The position numbers and the translations under genes are program-made. Shown one piece after another: positions 49,155 through 59,541 of a stretch of DNA of 64,000 nucleotides. The stretch is from assembly GCA_963826115.1 (NCBI GenBank), contig CAWGVS010000005.1, forward strand, positions 320,001-384,000, in the 5' to 3' direction. The first letter of the stretch is position 1, and every line of letters starts with the position of its first letter. Source of the DNA: an uncultured Candidatus Rokubacteria bacterium. GTDB taxonomy: Bacteria; Methylomirabilota; Methylomirabilia; Rokubacteriales; DASRDR01. The notes below the pieces were generated by a model. It was not told the origin of the DNA. It saw only the letters and a program-made list of their open reading frames with translations, and ran no database searches.

Positions 49155-49284
49155 GGCGGTCCATCTTACACCGCGGGTTCCGGCGCGTCGGGACCGCCCG
49201 CATGGTGGCCTTGACGGACAAGCGGTCTCGGCCCTTACGATGGGGCCATTATTCCCGGGCCTGCCGGAGATCGAGCGAGGGCAG

Positions 49285-50796
49285 ATGGCGAAGCGCCGCG
49301 CGGTCGTGACGATCGGGACGCTCGGCCTCGAGCGCGAGTCGAGCGTTCCGCTCTACCGCCAGCTCTACGACGGTCTCCGCGAGGCGATCCTCTCGGGCCG
49401 CCTCAGGCCGGGCGCGCGCCTGCCGTCGACGCGCGTCCTCGCGGGCGATCTGGGCGCCTCGAGGAACACCGTCCTGGCCGCCTTCGGGCAGCTCCTTGCC
49501 GAGGGGTACCTCGAGGGCCGGGTCGGCGCGGGGACGACCGTCGCCCGCACGCTGCCGGAGACGCTCCTGCGCGCGCGCCCCGAGGCGCCGGGGCCCGGCC
49601 GCCCGGGCCGCCGACCGCGACTGTCTCGCCGCGGCGCGCTCCTGGTGGGGACGCGGGCCGCGCTCGGGCGCGGCGCCTCCACCGCGCATCCGTTCCGTCC
49701 GGGCCTGCCCGGTCTCGACGCGTTTCCGTTCGACCTGTGGACGCGTCTGATCGCTCGGCGGTGGCGGCGGGTCTCTCGGCAGCTCCTCGACTACGGCGAC
49801 CCGGCCGGCTACGCCCCCCTCCGCGAGGCGATCGCCGCATACCTGGGCGAGGCGCGGGCGGTGCGCTGCGACGCCTCGCAGGTCATCGTCGTGACGGGGG
49901 CGCAGCAGGCGGTGGACCTGGCCGCGCGCGTGCTGCTCGATCCGGGCGACACGGCGTGGATCGAGGATCCTGGATACCAGGGCGCGCGCGGCGCCCTGGT
50001 CGCGGCGGGGATCCGCCTCGCGCCCGTTCCCGTGGACGCGGAGGGGCTCGATGTCCACCGCGGCGCCCGGGCCGCGCCCGGGGCGCGACTCGTCTACGTG
50101 ACCCCCTCCCACCAGTACCCCCTGGGGGTGACGATGAGCCTCCAGCGGCGGCTCGCGCTCCTCGAGTGGGCGAGCGCGAGCGGCGCGTGGATCTTCGAGG
50201 ACGACTACGACAGCGAGTACCGCTACGCGGGCCGCCCGCTGGCCGCGCTGCAGGGCCTCGACACCGCGGGCCGCGTGATCTACGCCGGCACGTTCAGCAA
50301 GGTGCTGTTCCCGGGGCTCCGGCTCGGCTACCTCGTCGTGCCGGAGGAGCTGGTGGAGGCGTTCGTGGCCGCGCGCGCGCTTGCGGACCGGCACTCGCCG
50401 TCGGTGACGCAGGCGGCGCTCGCCGACTTCATCGACGGCGGCCACTTCGCACGGCACGTCCGCCAGACGCGCGCGCTCTACGCCGAGCGCCAGGCGGCGC
50501 TCGTGCGAGCCGCCCGGCGCGCGCTGGGCGGGCTCCTCGAGGTCCTCCCGGCCGAGGCGGGCATGCACCTCATGGGCTGGCTGCCTCCGGGCGTGGACGA
50601 CCGCGCCGCCGCCCGCGCCGCGCTCACCCGCGACGTGGACGCGCCCCCGCTCTCCGCATACCGGATCCGGCCGGCCCGCCGGGCCGACCGCGGCGGGCTC
50701 GTCCTCGGCTACGCGGCCTACGCGCCGCAGGAGATCGAGGAGGCGTGCGTGCGCCTCGCCTCGGCGCTCGCGGGAGTCGGGCGGCGGACCGGCTGA
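49285..50796 (+). CDS. MocR/GabR family regulator (GntR HTH + PLP domain)
   Basis: LPSTRVLA...SRNTV, TPSHQYPLG, EDDYDSEY, TFSKVLFPGLRLGY. Confidence 0.95.
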   Translation: MAKRRAVVTIGTLGLERESSVPLYRQLYDGLREAILSGRLRPGARLPSTRVLAGDLGASRNTVLAAFGQLLAEGYLEGRVGAGTTVARTLPETLLRARPEAPGPGRPGRRPRLSRRGALLVGTRAALGRGASTAHPFRPGLPGLDAFPFDLWTRLIARRWRRVSRQLLDYGDPAGYAPLREAIAAYLGEARAVRCDASQVIVVTGAQQAVDLAARVLLDPGDTAWIEDPGYQGARGALVAAGIRLAPVPVDAEGLDVHRGARAAPGARLVYVTPSHQYPLGVTMSLQRRLALLEWASASGAWIFEDDYDSEYRYAGRPLAALQGLDTAGRVIYAGTFSKVLFPGLRLGYLVVPEELVEAFVAARALADRHSPSVTQAALADFIDGGHFARHVRQTRALYAERQAALVRAARRALGGLLEVLPAEAGMHLMGWLPPGVDDRAAARAALTRDVDAPPLSAYRIRPARRADRGGLVLGYAAYAPQEIEEACVRLASALAGVGRRTG

Positions 50797-50826
50797 CCCG
50801 GTCCGGCTCGGGCCGGACCGCGGAGC

Positions 50827-51579
50827 CTACTGGGCGGTCCAGCCTCCGTCGATGACCAGCTCGCTGCCGGTGACGAACGCCGACTCGTCGGAGGCGAGGT
50901 AGAGCACGCCGTAGGCGACCTCGTCCGGCTCACCGAACCGGCCGAGCGGGATCCGCGACAGCATCTTCTGGTAGTGCACAGGGTCGGCCCGCCGCCGCTC
51001 GGTCATCGCGGTCACGATGGGTCCGGGGTGGACCGAGTTGGCGCGGATCCGCTCGCCCGCGTACTGGATGGCCGTCGCCTTGGTCAGGAGCCGGACCGCG
51101 CCCTTGGAGGCCTGGTACTGGGGGCTGCTGTTGTCGGTGCCGACGAGACCGAGCTGCGACGAGATGTTGACGATCGAGCCGCCCCCGGCCCGGCGCATGG
51201 CGGGGATCGCCGCCCGCGTGCCGAGGAACACGCCCTTGGCGTTCACGTCCATGACGTGGTCCCAGTCCTTGACCGTCGTGTCCTCGATCCGCCCCTGGGC
51301 GCCCACGCCGGCGTTGTTCACGAGGACGTCGAGCTTCCCGTAGCGCTCGACCGTCCGGGCGACCGCGCGCGCCCAGTCCCCCTCGTCCGTCACGTCGAGG
51401 CCGACGAACAGGGCGTCGCCGCCCGCGGAGCGGATCTCCGCCTCGACCGCGCGTCCTTCCGCCTCCAGGACGTCGCCCAGGACCACCCGCGCGCCCTCGC
51501 GCGCGAACAGCCGCGCCTCGCTGGCGCCCAGGCCGCGCGCGCCGCCGCTGATCAGCGCCACCTTGCCCGCGAGCCTCAT
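50827..51579 (-). CDS. Short-chain dehydrogenase/reductase
   Basis: SGGARGLG, NNAG, YQASK, DGG. Confidence 0.95.
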   Translation of the reverse strand: MRLAGKVALISGGARGLGASEARLFAREGARVVLGDVLEAEGRAVEAEIRSAGGDALFVGLDVTDEGDWARAVARTVERYGKLDVLVNNAGVGAQGRIEDTTVKDWDHVMDVNAKGVFLGTRAAIPAMRRAGGGSIVNISSQLGLVGTDNSSPQYQASKGAVRLLTKATAIQYAGERIRANSVHPGPIVTAMTERRRADPVHYQKMLSRIPLGRFGEPDEVAYGVLYLASDESAFVTGSELVIDGGWTAQ

Positions 51580-51598
51580 GGGGTCCTCGCGCCTCCGG

Positions 51599-53041
51599 TC
51601 AGCGGCGCGGGCCGGCGGCCCACCCGAGCTCGGGGCGCCGCCGATGCCATTCGGTCGCGCGCTCGTAGGCGTGCGCCACGCGGAGCGCCATGTCCTCGTG
51701 GAAGGGCTTCGCGTAGACCATGAGGCCGATCGGCAGCCCCTCGCGCGTGAAGCCGCACGGCAGCGACACGCCGCAGAGGTTCAGGATGTTCCCGACCGCC
51801 GTGTTGCGGAGGTACCGGCCGTTGTGGTCGCCGTACGACTCGCGCGTGCGGTCCACGTCCGCGAGCGGCCGCGAGGGGAGCGGCGTCGTCGGCACCAGGA
51901 GCGCGTCGACGTCGGCAAGCCGCGCCAGGAGGCGCCGGCGGAGCTCCGCCCACTGGCGGTGGAGGGCGAAGTAGTCGGGCGCGGAGAGCTGGCGCCCGCC
52001 GATCATCCGGTGGGCGACGACGGGGTCCAGCTCGTCGAAGTGCTCGTCCAGGAGACGCGCGTTGTACACGCAGGCCTCGGCCGCGATGGCGAAGACCCGC
52101 TTCTGCTCCGACATCGCCTCGGCCGCCTCGGGGACCTTCATGCTCTCGACGTGAGCGCCGAGCGACCGGAACACGCCGGCGCTCTCGCGGACCGCCCGCT
52201 CGACCTCGGGGTCGACCTCGTCGAAGAAGAGGGTCTCCGCCACGCCGAGCCGGAGTCCGCGGACGCCGTCGCCGAGGCGCGTGAGGACGTCGTGCGGCCG
52301 GACGCCCTCGGTCGTCTCGTCGCGCAGGTCGCTGCCCTGCATCGCCTGGTACACGAGGGCGGCGTCCTCGACCGTCCGCGTCAGCGGCCCCACCGAGTCG
52401 AGCGTGAAGGAGAGCGGATAGACGCCCGCGCGGCTCACGCGCCCGACCGTCGTCTTGAGGCCGACCGTCCCGCAGAGCGCGGCCGGGAGGCGCACCGAGC
52501 CGCCGGTGTCGCTGCCGAGCGCCATCGGGACCAGGCCCGCGGCGACCGCCACCGCCGAGCCGCTCGACGAGCCGCCCGGGACGTGGTGCGTCGCGTGCCA
52601 GGGATTGTGTGGCGTGCCCTGGTCGTGATTCACGCCGACCCCGCCGAAGGCGAACTGGACGGTGTAGGTCTTGCCGAGGACGACCATCCCGGCGCCCGCG
52701 AGCCGCCGGACGACGCTCGCGTCCTCCTTCGCGACCCGGTCCGCGAGGAGCCGCGTGCCGGCGGTGGTCGGCACGCCGCGGAGGTCGAAGAGGTCCTTCG
52801 CGGCGTAGGGGATGCCGTGGAGCGGACCCAGGTCCTGGCCGCCCCGGAGCGCCAGCTCGGCGGCGCGTGCCTCCGCGAGCGCCCGGTCGCGGGTCACCGC
52901 GATGAAGCTGTGGAGGCGACCGTCCAGGGCCGCGATCCGCTCGAGCTGCGCCTCGGCCAGCGCGACCGGGCTGACGGCCCGCGCGCGGATCTTCGCGGCG
53001 AGCACGGCGATGGAGTCGAACGCCAGGTCGACGTCGGACAT
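51599..53041 (-). CDS. Amidase (amidase signature family)
   Basis: [23 protein letters not shown]. Confidence 0.93.
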   Translation of the reverse strand: MSDVDLAFDSIAVLAAKIRARAVSPVALAEAQLERIAALDGRLHSFIAVTRDRALAEARAAELALRGGQDLGPLHGIPYAAKDLFDLRGVPTTAGTRLLADRVAKEDASVVRRLAGAGMVVLGKTYTVQFAFGGVGVNHDQGTPHNPWHATHHVPGGSSSGSAVAVAAGLVPMALGSDTGGSVRLPAALCGTVGLKTTVGRVSRAGVYPLSFTLDSVGPLTRTVEDAALVYQAMQGSDLRDETTEGVRPHDVLTRLGDGVRGLRLGVAETLFFDEVDPEVERAVRESAGVFRSLGAHVESMKVPEAAEAMSEQKRVFAIAAEACVYNARLLDEHFDELDPVVAHRMIGGRQLSAPDYFALHRQWAELRRRLLARLADVDALLVPTTPLPSRPLADVDRTRESYGDHNGRYLRNTAVGNILNLCGVSLPCGFTREGLPIGLMVYAKPFHEDMALRVAHAYERATEWHRRRPELGWAAGPRR

Positions 53042-53114
53042 CTCGTCCTCCGGTGGAGAGAAGGTGGGCGGCGTGGGTCCGGACGGCCGATCCAGTCTAC
53101 GCGATCGGGCCGAG

Positions 53115-53185
53115 GCTGGGGACGGGGCAGGAGAGACGGGTGGATCCCGGGCCCCCGCGCGGCCAGTCACGCGGGAGCCCGGGTC
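53115..53185. terminator. GC-rich hairpin downstream of the Mo-enzyme operon (possible terminator)
   Basis: CCCGGGCCCCCGCG...CGCGGGAGCCCGGG inverted repeat at about 53146-53183, without a clear U tract. Confidence 0.3.
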
Positions 53186-53214
53186 GAACGGCTAGATGGC
53201 CGGCTGACGCCGCC

Positions 53215-55551
53215 CTACGCCTTCCACTGATCGCGGATGGGCAGCCGTCGGATGCGCTTGCCCGTCGCCGCGAAGATCGCGTTGCAGAGCGCCGGCGGGA
53301 TCGGCGGCACTCCCGGCTCGCCCACGCCGCCGAGCGGCAGGTCGTAGTCGCCGGGGACGATGTGGACGCGGATCTCCCGCGGGGCCCCGGTGATCCGGGT
53401 GATCTCGTAGGTGTTGAAATTCTCCTGCTCGGCCCGGCCGGCCTTGAAGCTCATCTCGCCCAGCATCGCGACGCTGAGGCCCATGATGCAGGCCCCCTCC
53501 ATCTGTGAGCGGACCCGGTCCGGGTTGACGGTCGCCCCGCAGTCGACCGCGACGTCGACCCGGGGAATCGTCAGCCCGCCCTTGTCGTCGACGGCGACCT
53601 CCACGACGGCCGCCACGTAGGTGACGAAGCTGTAGTGGGCGGCGATGCCCAGGCCACGGCCCTTCGGCATCGAGCGCCCCCACCGCGCCTCCCGCGCCGC
53701 CGTCTCCACGACGCGGCGGAGGCGGCCGGTGTTCACGGGATAGCGCTCGGGGTCCTCCCCGTGGTTCCAGGTGTCCTTCAGGGTCGTCGGGCTGATCCAG
53801 CGCGACGGCCCGATGACGTCCAGCAGGAATTCCTTCTGGTCGCGCCCGGCCGCGGCGGCCAGCTCGGCCACGAAGGACTGCACCGCGAACGCGTGCGGGA
53901 TGTTCGAGACCGAGCGGAACCAGCCGATCCGCGTGTGGGCGGTGGCCTCCGGGTTCTCGATCCGGACGTTGGGGATCGTGAACGGGACGTTGATCACGCC
54001 CATTCCGAGCTCCCAGTTCGCTTCCTGTTTCGCGTCGGGGTCGAAGGTCGACATGATCGTCGGCGCGACGCTCCGGTGGAGCCACGCGACGGGCCGACCC
54101 TGCGCGTCGACGCCGGCCTCGAGACGCTCCACCGAGACCGTGTGGAAGTACGAGTGGCGGAGGTCGTCCTCCCGGGTCCAGGTGACCTTGACGGGCTTCC
54201 CGTCCATCGCCTGGGAGAGGATCGCCGCCTCGATGCCATAGTCAGGCTTCGACCTCCGCCCGAAGCCGCCGCCGAGAAGCGTCACGTGGACGGTCACGTC
54301 CTTCGTGTCCATGCCCAGGCGCTTCGCGACCAAATCGCGGGTGGCCTGGGGGGACTGGAAGCCGCCCCACACCTCGCACTTCCCCTGGACGATGCGGGCG
54401 GTGGCCGTTGGCGGCTCCATCGTGGCGTGGGCGAGGTGCGGGATGTAGTACTCGGCCTGGAGCCGCTTCGCGGCGCTCGCCATCGCGGTGTCGACGTTCC
54501 CGTCGTCGCGGACCACCGGGCCAGGCTTGCGGGCCGCCTCCTCGAGGGCGGCCTTGTACGCCCCGGAGTCGTAGTCCGCGTTCGGGCCGTCGTCCCACCC
54601 GATCTTGAGCGCCTTGCGGCCCTGCATGGCCGCCCAGGTGTTCTTCGCGATGACCGCCACGCCGCCCAAGGGATTGAAGACCGGTGGGCCGGGCGTGGGA
54701 TCGATCGCGACCACCTTGACGACGCCCGGGACCTTGAGGGCATCGCTGTCGTCGTAGCTCGCAACGGTGCCGCCAAAGACCGGCGGTCGGGCGACGACGG
54801 CGTACAGCATGCCGTCGAGCCGCGTGTCGATGCCGTACTGCGCCTTGCCGGTCGCGATCGCGGGCCCGTCGACGAGCTTCAGCTGGCCCTTGCCGATGTA
54901 GCGGAACTGGGACGGATCCTTGAGCCGGAGCGTCTCGCGCGCCGGGACGGGCTGGCTCGCCGCGGCCTTCGCCAGAGCGCCGTAGCCGAGCTTCCGGCCG
55001 GTCGGCTTGTGGACGACTTCGTGGTTCTTCGCCTCGACCTCGCCCACCGGCACCTTCCACTGGGCGGCGGCCGCGGCCTCGAGCATCGTGCGCGCCGCGG
55101 CGCCGCAGCGTCGCATCGGGTCGAAGAAGTGGCGGGTGCTGCGCGAGCCGTCGGTGTCCTGGTTGCCGAACTTCTCCTCGTCGCCGGGCGCCTGCGCGAC
55201 CTTGACGCGCTTCCAGTCGGCTTCGAGCTCCTCGGCGACGATCATCGGCATGCCGGTGCGCACGCCCTGTCCCATCTCGGAGCGGTGGCAGACGATGGTG
55301 ACCGTCCCGTCATCCGCGATGGCCACGAACGCGAGCGGGTTGTCGACCCAGCCGTGAGGCATGCCGTCCGCGCCGTACTTCGGCGGGTCGTCCGCGCGCG
55401 CGGGGCGCGAATAGCCGACGGCGAGCACCAGCCCGCCGAGGGCCGAGACGCCCTGGAGGAACCGGCGACGGCTCACGTTCGCGATGACGAGCGGGTGGTC
55501 GGTCGGCGCGGGACGGTCGGTGGCCGTCGGACGAACGCTCGGCGCGCTCAT
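53215..55551 (-). CDS. Xanthine oxidase family molybdopterin subunit (isoquinoline 1-oxidoreductase beta-like), Tat signal
   Basis: [38 protein letters not shown]. Confidence 0.92.
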   Translation of the reverse strand: MSAPSVRPTATDRPAPTDHPLVIANVSRRRFLQGVSALGGLVLAVGYSRPARADDPPKYGADGMPHGWVDNPLAFVAIADDGTVTIVCHRSEMGQGVRTGMPMIVAEELEADWKRVKVAQAPGDEEKFGNQDTDGSRSTRHFFDPMRRCGAAARTMLEAAAAAQWKVPVGEVEAKNHEVVHKPTGRKLGYGALAKAAASQPVPARETLRLKDPSQFRYIGKGQLKLVDGPAIATGKAQYGIDTRLDGMLYAVVARPPVFGGTVASYDDSDALKVPGVVKVVAIDPTPGPPVFNPLGGVAVIAKNTWAAMQGRKALKIGWDDGPNADYDSGAYKAALEEAARKPGPVVRDDGNVDTAMASAAKRLQAEYYIPHLAHATMEPPTATARIVQGKCEVWGGFQSPQATRDLVAKRLGMDTKDVTVHVTLLGGGFGRRSKPDYGIEAAILSQAMDGKPVKVTWTREDDLRHSYFHTVSVERLEAGVDAQGRPVAWLHRSVAPTIMSTFDPDAKQEANWELGMGVINVPFTIPNVRIENPEATAHTRIGWFRSVSNIPHAFAVQSFVAELAAAAGRDQKEFLLDVIGPSRWISPTTLKDTWNHGEDPERYPVNTGRLRRVVETAAREARWGRSMPKGRGLGIAAHYSFVTYVAAVVEVAVDDKGGLTIPRVDVAVDCGATVNPDRVRSQMEGACIMGLSVAMLGEMSFKAGRAEQENFNTYEITRITGAPREIRVHIVPGDYDLPLGGVGEPGVPPIPPALCNAIFAATGKRIRRLPIRDQWKA

Positions 55552-56015
55552 GACTTCGCTCCCTGCAGGCCGGCCGCCTGCTTGATCGCCGTCCGGATCC
55601 GCGTGTACGTGCCGCACCGGCAGATGTTGCCGGCCATCGCGCTGTCGATCTCGGCGTCGGAGGGCTTCGGGGTCCGCTTGAGGAGGGCCGTCGCCGACAT
55701 GATCTGCCCCGCCTGGCAATAGCCGCACTGCGGGACGTTGATCTCGATCCAGGCCGTCTGCACCGCCTTGCCGACCTGGTCGGCCCCGACTCCCTCGACC
55801 GTCGTCACCTTCTTGTTCGCCGCCGCGGAGAGCGGCGTCATGCACGAGCGGACGGCCTGGCCGTCGAGGTGCACGGTGCAGGCGCCGCAGAGCGCCATGC
55901 CGCAGCCGAACTTCGTGCCGGTGAGCCCGAGCTCGTCACGGAGGGCCCACAGGAGCGGGGTGTCGCCGGGCAAGTCGACGTCGTATCGCTTGCCGTTGAC
56001 GGTGACTGAGGTCAT
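55548..56015 (-). CDS. (2Fe-2S)-binding small subunit (IorA-like)
   Basis: [24 protein letters not shown]. Confidence 0.95.
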   Translation of the reverse strand: MTSVTVNGKRYDVDLPGDTPLLWALRDELGLTGTKFGCGMALCGACTVHLDGQAVRSCMTPLSAAANKKVTTVEGVGADQVGKAVQTAWIEINVPQCGYCQAGQIMSATALLKRTPKPSDAEIDSAMAGNICRCGTYTRIRTAIKQAAGLQGAKS

Positions 56016-56131
56016 CGGGAGGTCCTCCTCTTATCCGTTCAGGTCAGTGCTTCCCGGGCCGTCGCGCACGACTTGGGAAAAATTCCCGACCTCGACGAGG
56101 GACGCTTCCTGCCGGCTAGCACGCGGTTCGA

Positions 56132-57013
56132 TCACGTGTCAAGGGTGGGGGACCTGGACGGTGTCCTCAGCGTTGCGTAGCGCCCCGGCGGCAGGCCGAA
56201 GGCCGATCGGAACACGCGCGTGAAATGGGCCTGGTCGGTGAATCCGGCAGCCAGCGCGACATCGGCCAGCGGCGTGCCGTCCCCGAGCCGGCTTCGCGCG
56301 TAGTCGAGCCGCCGCATCACGGAGTAGCGGTAGGGGCTGGTTCCGTGCGCCAGGCGGAACTGCCGGGCGAGCTCGTACCGGCCGAGCCCCGACACCGACT
56401 CGAGCTCGGCGGATCGCACCACGGTGCGCTGAGCGTCGAGGAATGCCTGGGCCCGGTCGAGCGCGGCCCGGTCGAGACGGATCGGCGCGCGAGCGGCGTG
56501 GTGGTCGCCCTGCGCGTCGAGGAGCCCCTCGGCCAGTCGGAGGACCAGGGCGTCCAGCGCGAGGGGCTCGGGCGAGGCGCCGAAGGCGGCCGTCACGGCC
56601 CGGGCGAGCGTCGCGCTGCCGGTGACGGGCCGGCGCACGAACGGAAGCGACGCCGAGCCCCCGGTGAGCGTCCGGACGGCGTCGGCGATCCGTGCCGGAT
56701 CGACGTAGACCTCCCGGTAACCGAATCCCGACGCGGTCCCGGGGCGCCCGTCGTGCATCTCGTCCGGGTGGAGCACCACGACCTCGCCGGGGAGGCTCCG
56801 CTCGACCCGCCCCCGGTAGTCGAACGTCTGCACGCCCGCCTCGGTGACGCTGATGGCGTAGGTGTCGTGGCGGTGCCGCGCGTAGGCGCGGCCGCCGAAC
56901 CAGGCGCGCAGCAGCTCGACGCCCTCCACCGGCCGGGAGGCGGTCATCCAGTCCCCGCCCTCGCACGAACGTACAAGACCCGTCCCGGCCGATCTCCCTA
57001 CCATCGGCGCCAT
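56132..57013 (-). CDS. AraC family transcriptional regulator
   Basis: Cupin HRHDTY...HDG and C-terminal GFTDQAHFTRVF. Confidence 0.92.
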   Translation of the reverse strand: MAPMVGRSAGTGLVRSCEGGDWMTASRPVEGVELLRAWFGGRAYARHRHDTYAISVTEAGVQTFDYRGRVERSLPGEVVVLHPDEMHDGRPGTASGFGYREVYVDPARIADAVRTLTGGSASLPFVRRPVTGSATLARAVTAAFGASPEPLALDALVLRLAEGLLDAQGDHHAARAPIRLDRAALDRAQAFLDAQRTVVRSAELESVSGLGRYELARQFRLAHGTSPYRYSVMRRLDYARSRLGDGTPLADVALAAGFTDQAHFTRVFRSAFGLPPGRYATLRTPSRSPTLDT

Positions 57014-57049
57014 GGGTCGAGTCTATCCGAGATCCGGGAGGTGGCCGAC

Positions 57050-57646
57050 ATGACGCGGGAGCAGGCCGTCGCGTTCTTCCTCTTCTCGGTCGCGGCCGCG
57101 GGCACGCCGGGGCCCAGCAACGTGCTGCTGATGGCGACGGGGGCGCAGGTCGGCGTGCGGCGCGGCCTCGGGTGTCTCCTCGGGGTCGGCCTCGGCATGG
57201 CGGTGATGATGTTCGTCGTCGCCTTCGGGCTCGGCAGCGTGATCCTGGGGGCGCCGACCCTCCTCCGCGCCATGAAGTGGGGCGGCGCGGCCTTCCTCCT
57301 GTGGCTCTCCTGGAAGATCGCGACGGCCCGTCCGTCGGTCGGCGGTGCGGCGGTGAAGCCGGTCGGCTTCACCGGCGCGGCGGCCTTCCAGTGGGTCAAC
57401 CCGAAGTCGTGGCTCGTGTGCGCGAGCGCGGCCGCGACGTTCCTCGACCGGCAGGCGGGCGGCGCGCTCGGTCAGTCCGCGGCGCTGGGGCTCGTGTTCC
57501 TGGTCGCCTGCCTGCCGAGCTGTTTCCCGTGGCTCGCGTTCGGCGCGGCCATGCAGCGCCTCCTGCGGTCGGAGCGCGCCTTCCGGATCTTCAACGGCGT
57601 GATGGGGGCGCTGCTCGCCGCCTCGGTGGCCCTGTTCGTCCGGTAG
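57050..57646 (+). CDS. LysE family translocator
   Basis: TPGPSN, FQWVNPK, GGAGG RBS. Divergent from the AraC gene. Confidence 0.92.
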   Translation: MTREQAVAFFLFSVAAAGTPGPSNVLLMATGAQVGVRRGLGCLLGVGLGMAVMMFVVAFGLGSVILGAPTLLRAMKWGGAAFLLWLSWKIATARPSVGGAAVKPVGFTGAAAFQWVNPKSWLVCASAAATFLDRQAGGALGQSAALGLVFLVACLPSCFPWLAFGAAMQRLLRSERAFRIFNGVMGALLAASVALFVR

Positions 57647-57649
57647 GGG

Positions 57650-58507
57650 TCAGACCCGGAGCTTCGGGTCGAGGGCGTCGCGGATGGCGTCACCGAGGAA
57701 GTTGAGACCGAGCACGGTCACGAACAGGGCGGCCCCCGGGCCGAAGACGACCCACGGGGCCTGGCGGAGGTAGCCGCGCCCCGCGTTGATCATGCTTCCC
57801 CAGGACGCCTCGGGGGGCTGGACGCCGAGACCAAGGAAGGAGAGGGACGCTTCCGCGAGGATGGCGAACGCCACGCTGAGCGAGGCCTGCACCACGATGG
57901 GCGTGGCCGCGTTCGGCAGGACGTGGCGCCAGGCGATCGTCCCGGAGGACGCGCCGAGGGCCCGCGCCGCGTCGATGTACTCCCGGCCCCGGATGGTCAG
58001 CACCTGGCCGCGCATCAGGCGCGCGAAGGTCGGAGTGTAGACGACCCCGAGCGCGATCAGCACCCCGGTCAGGTCGGCGCCCAGCACGGCGCCGAGCGCG
58101 AGGGCCAGGACCAGCGGCGGGAACGAGAGCACGGCGTCCATGAGCCGCATCGCGAGGCCGTCGACGCGCCCGCCCCGGTAGCCCGCGAAGAGCCCGATGA
58201 GGCCGCCCACAACCGCGGCGATCGCCACCGAGACGAACCCCGCGACCAGCGAGATCCGCGTGCCCCAGATGACACGCGAGAGGATGTCGCGGCCGAGGTT
58301 GTCGGTGCCGAGCCAGTGCGCCGCGCTCGGGCTCGCCAGCGCGTTGCCGAGGTTCTGCTTGAGGTGGTTGTACGGCGAGAGCGCGGGCGCGGCGATCGCG
58401 ACCACCACGGCGACGAGCGTCACCGCCGCGCCGACGAGCGCCAGACGCCCGCTCGCGAGGCGCCGCCAGGCCATCCATCGGCGCCTCGCCGCCGGGCGCG
58501 TCGCCAC
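57650..58507 (-). CDS. ABC permease (DppC-like), start approximate
   Basis: HWLGTDNLGRD, YIDAARALG, HVLPN, LSFLGLG. Confidence 0.92.
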   Translation of the reverse strand: MATRPAARRRWMAWRRLASGRLALVGAAVTLVAVVVAIAAPALSPYNHLKQNLGNALASPSAAHWLGTDNLGRDILSRVIWGTRISLVAGFVSVAIAAVVGGLIGLFAGYRGGRVDGLAMRLMDAVLSFPPLVLALALGAVLGADLTGVLIALGVVYTPTFARLMRGQVLTIRGREYIDAARALGASSGTIAWRHVLPNAATPIVVQASLSVAFAILAEASLSFLGLGVQPPEASWGSMINAGRGYLRQAPWVVFGPGAALFVTVLGLNFLGDAIRDALDPKLRV

Positions 58508-58532
58508 GCCCCAGGCCCCGGAAGCCGCCGGC

Positions 58533-59477
58533 TCAGCGATACCGGATCCGGGGGTCGAGCCAGCCATAGACGAGGTCCACCAGGAGGTTGGTGCCGATGT
58601 AGCCCACGGCGATCAGGAGCACGACGCCCTGTACCAGCGGGTAGTCGCGCGCGAAGACGGCGTCGACCACGAGACGTCCCACGCCGGGAAGCGCGAAGAC
58701 GTACTCGGTGACCACGGCGCCGCCGATCAGGCCGCCCAGCTGGAGCCCCAGCACCGTGACGACCGGGATGAGGCTGTTCTTCAGCGCGTGGCGGCCGAGG
58801 ATCGCCCGCTCGGTCAGTCCCTTGGCCCGCCCGGTCCGCACGTAGTCCTCGGAGAGAGCCTCGAGGAGGCTCGAGCGGAGCGTCCGCGTGATCACGGCGC
58901 CGAGCGCGAGTCCGAGCGTGATCGCGGGCAGCGTGAGCGACCGGAGGCCGGCCACCGGGTCCTCGAAGGGATCGGTGTAGCCGGACACGGGCAGCCAGCG
59001 GAGCGTCACGCCGAACAGGAAGATCAGGAGGAGCGCGATGAGGAAGTTCGGCATGCAGATGCCGATGAGGGCGAACGTGGTGCCCGCGCCGTCGACGGGG
59101 GTGTTCCGGCGCGCGGCCGAGATCATGCCGAGCGGGAAGGCGACGGCGAGGGCGATCGTCATCGCGTAGAGGGCGAGCTCGACGCTCGGGCGGATGCGCC
59201 GGCCGACGTTCTCGACGACGGGCTCGTTGTTCCGGATCGAGCGTCCGAGGTCGCCCCGGAGGAGCCGCCCCATCCAGGTGACGTACTGCCAGTGGAGCGG
59301 CTGGTCCAGGCCGAGCTGCCGGCGGAGCTCGGCCTTCACGCCGGCGTCCACCGACTCCGCCATCATCGCGTCGATCGGGTCGCCGGGCGTCAGGTGGATC
59401 AGCAGGAAGACGCCGGCCGTGACGAGGACGAGGACCGGGATGACGGCCAGCAGGCGGCCCAGAACGAACCGGACCAT
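58533..59477 (-). CDS. ABC permease (DppB-like)
   Basis: PGDP, GDLGRS, TGRAKG, HALKN, LDPRI. Confidence 0.93.
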   Translation of the reverse strand: MVRFVLGRLLAVIPVLVLVTAGVFLLIHLTPGDPIDAMMAESVDAGVKAELRRQLGLDQPLHWQYVTWMGRLLRGDLGRSIRNNEPVVENVGRRIRPSVELALYAMTIALAVAFPLGMISAARRNTPVDGAGTTFALIGICMPNFLIALLLIFLFGVTLRWLPVSGYTDPFEDPVAGLRSLTLPAITLGLALGAVITRTLRSSLLEALSEDYVRTGRAKGLTERAILGRHALKNSLIPVVTVLGLQLGGLIGGAVVTEYVFALPGVGRLVVDAVFARDYPLVQGVVLLIAVGYIGTNLLVDLVYGWLDPRIRYR

Positions 59478-59541
59478 CGCGCGCGTCGGGGCTCAGGCGG
59501 CCGGGGCGTCCACGCTCACCCGACCGCCGTCTCGGTGGCAG

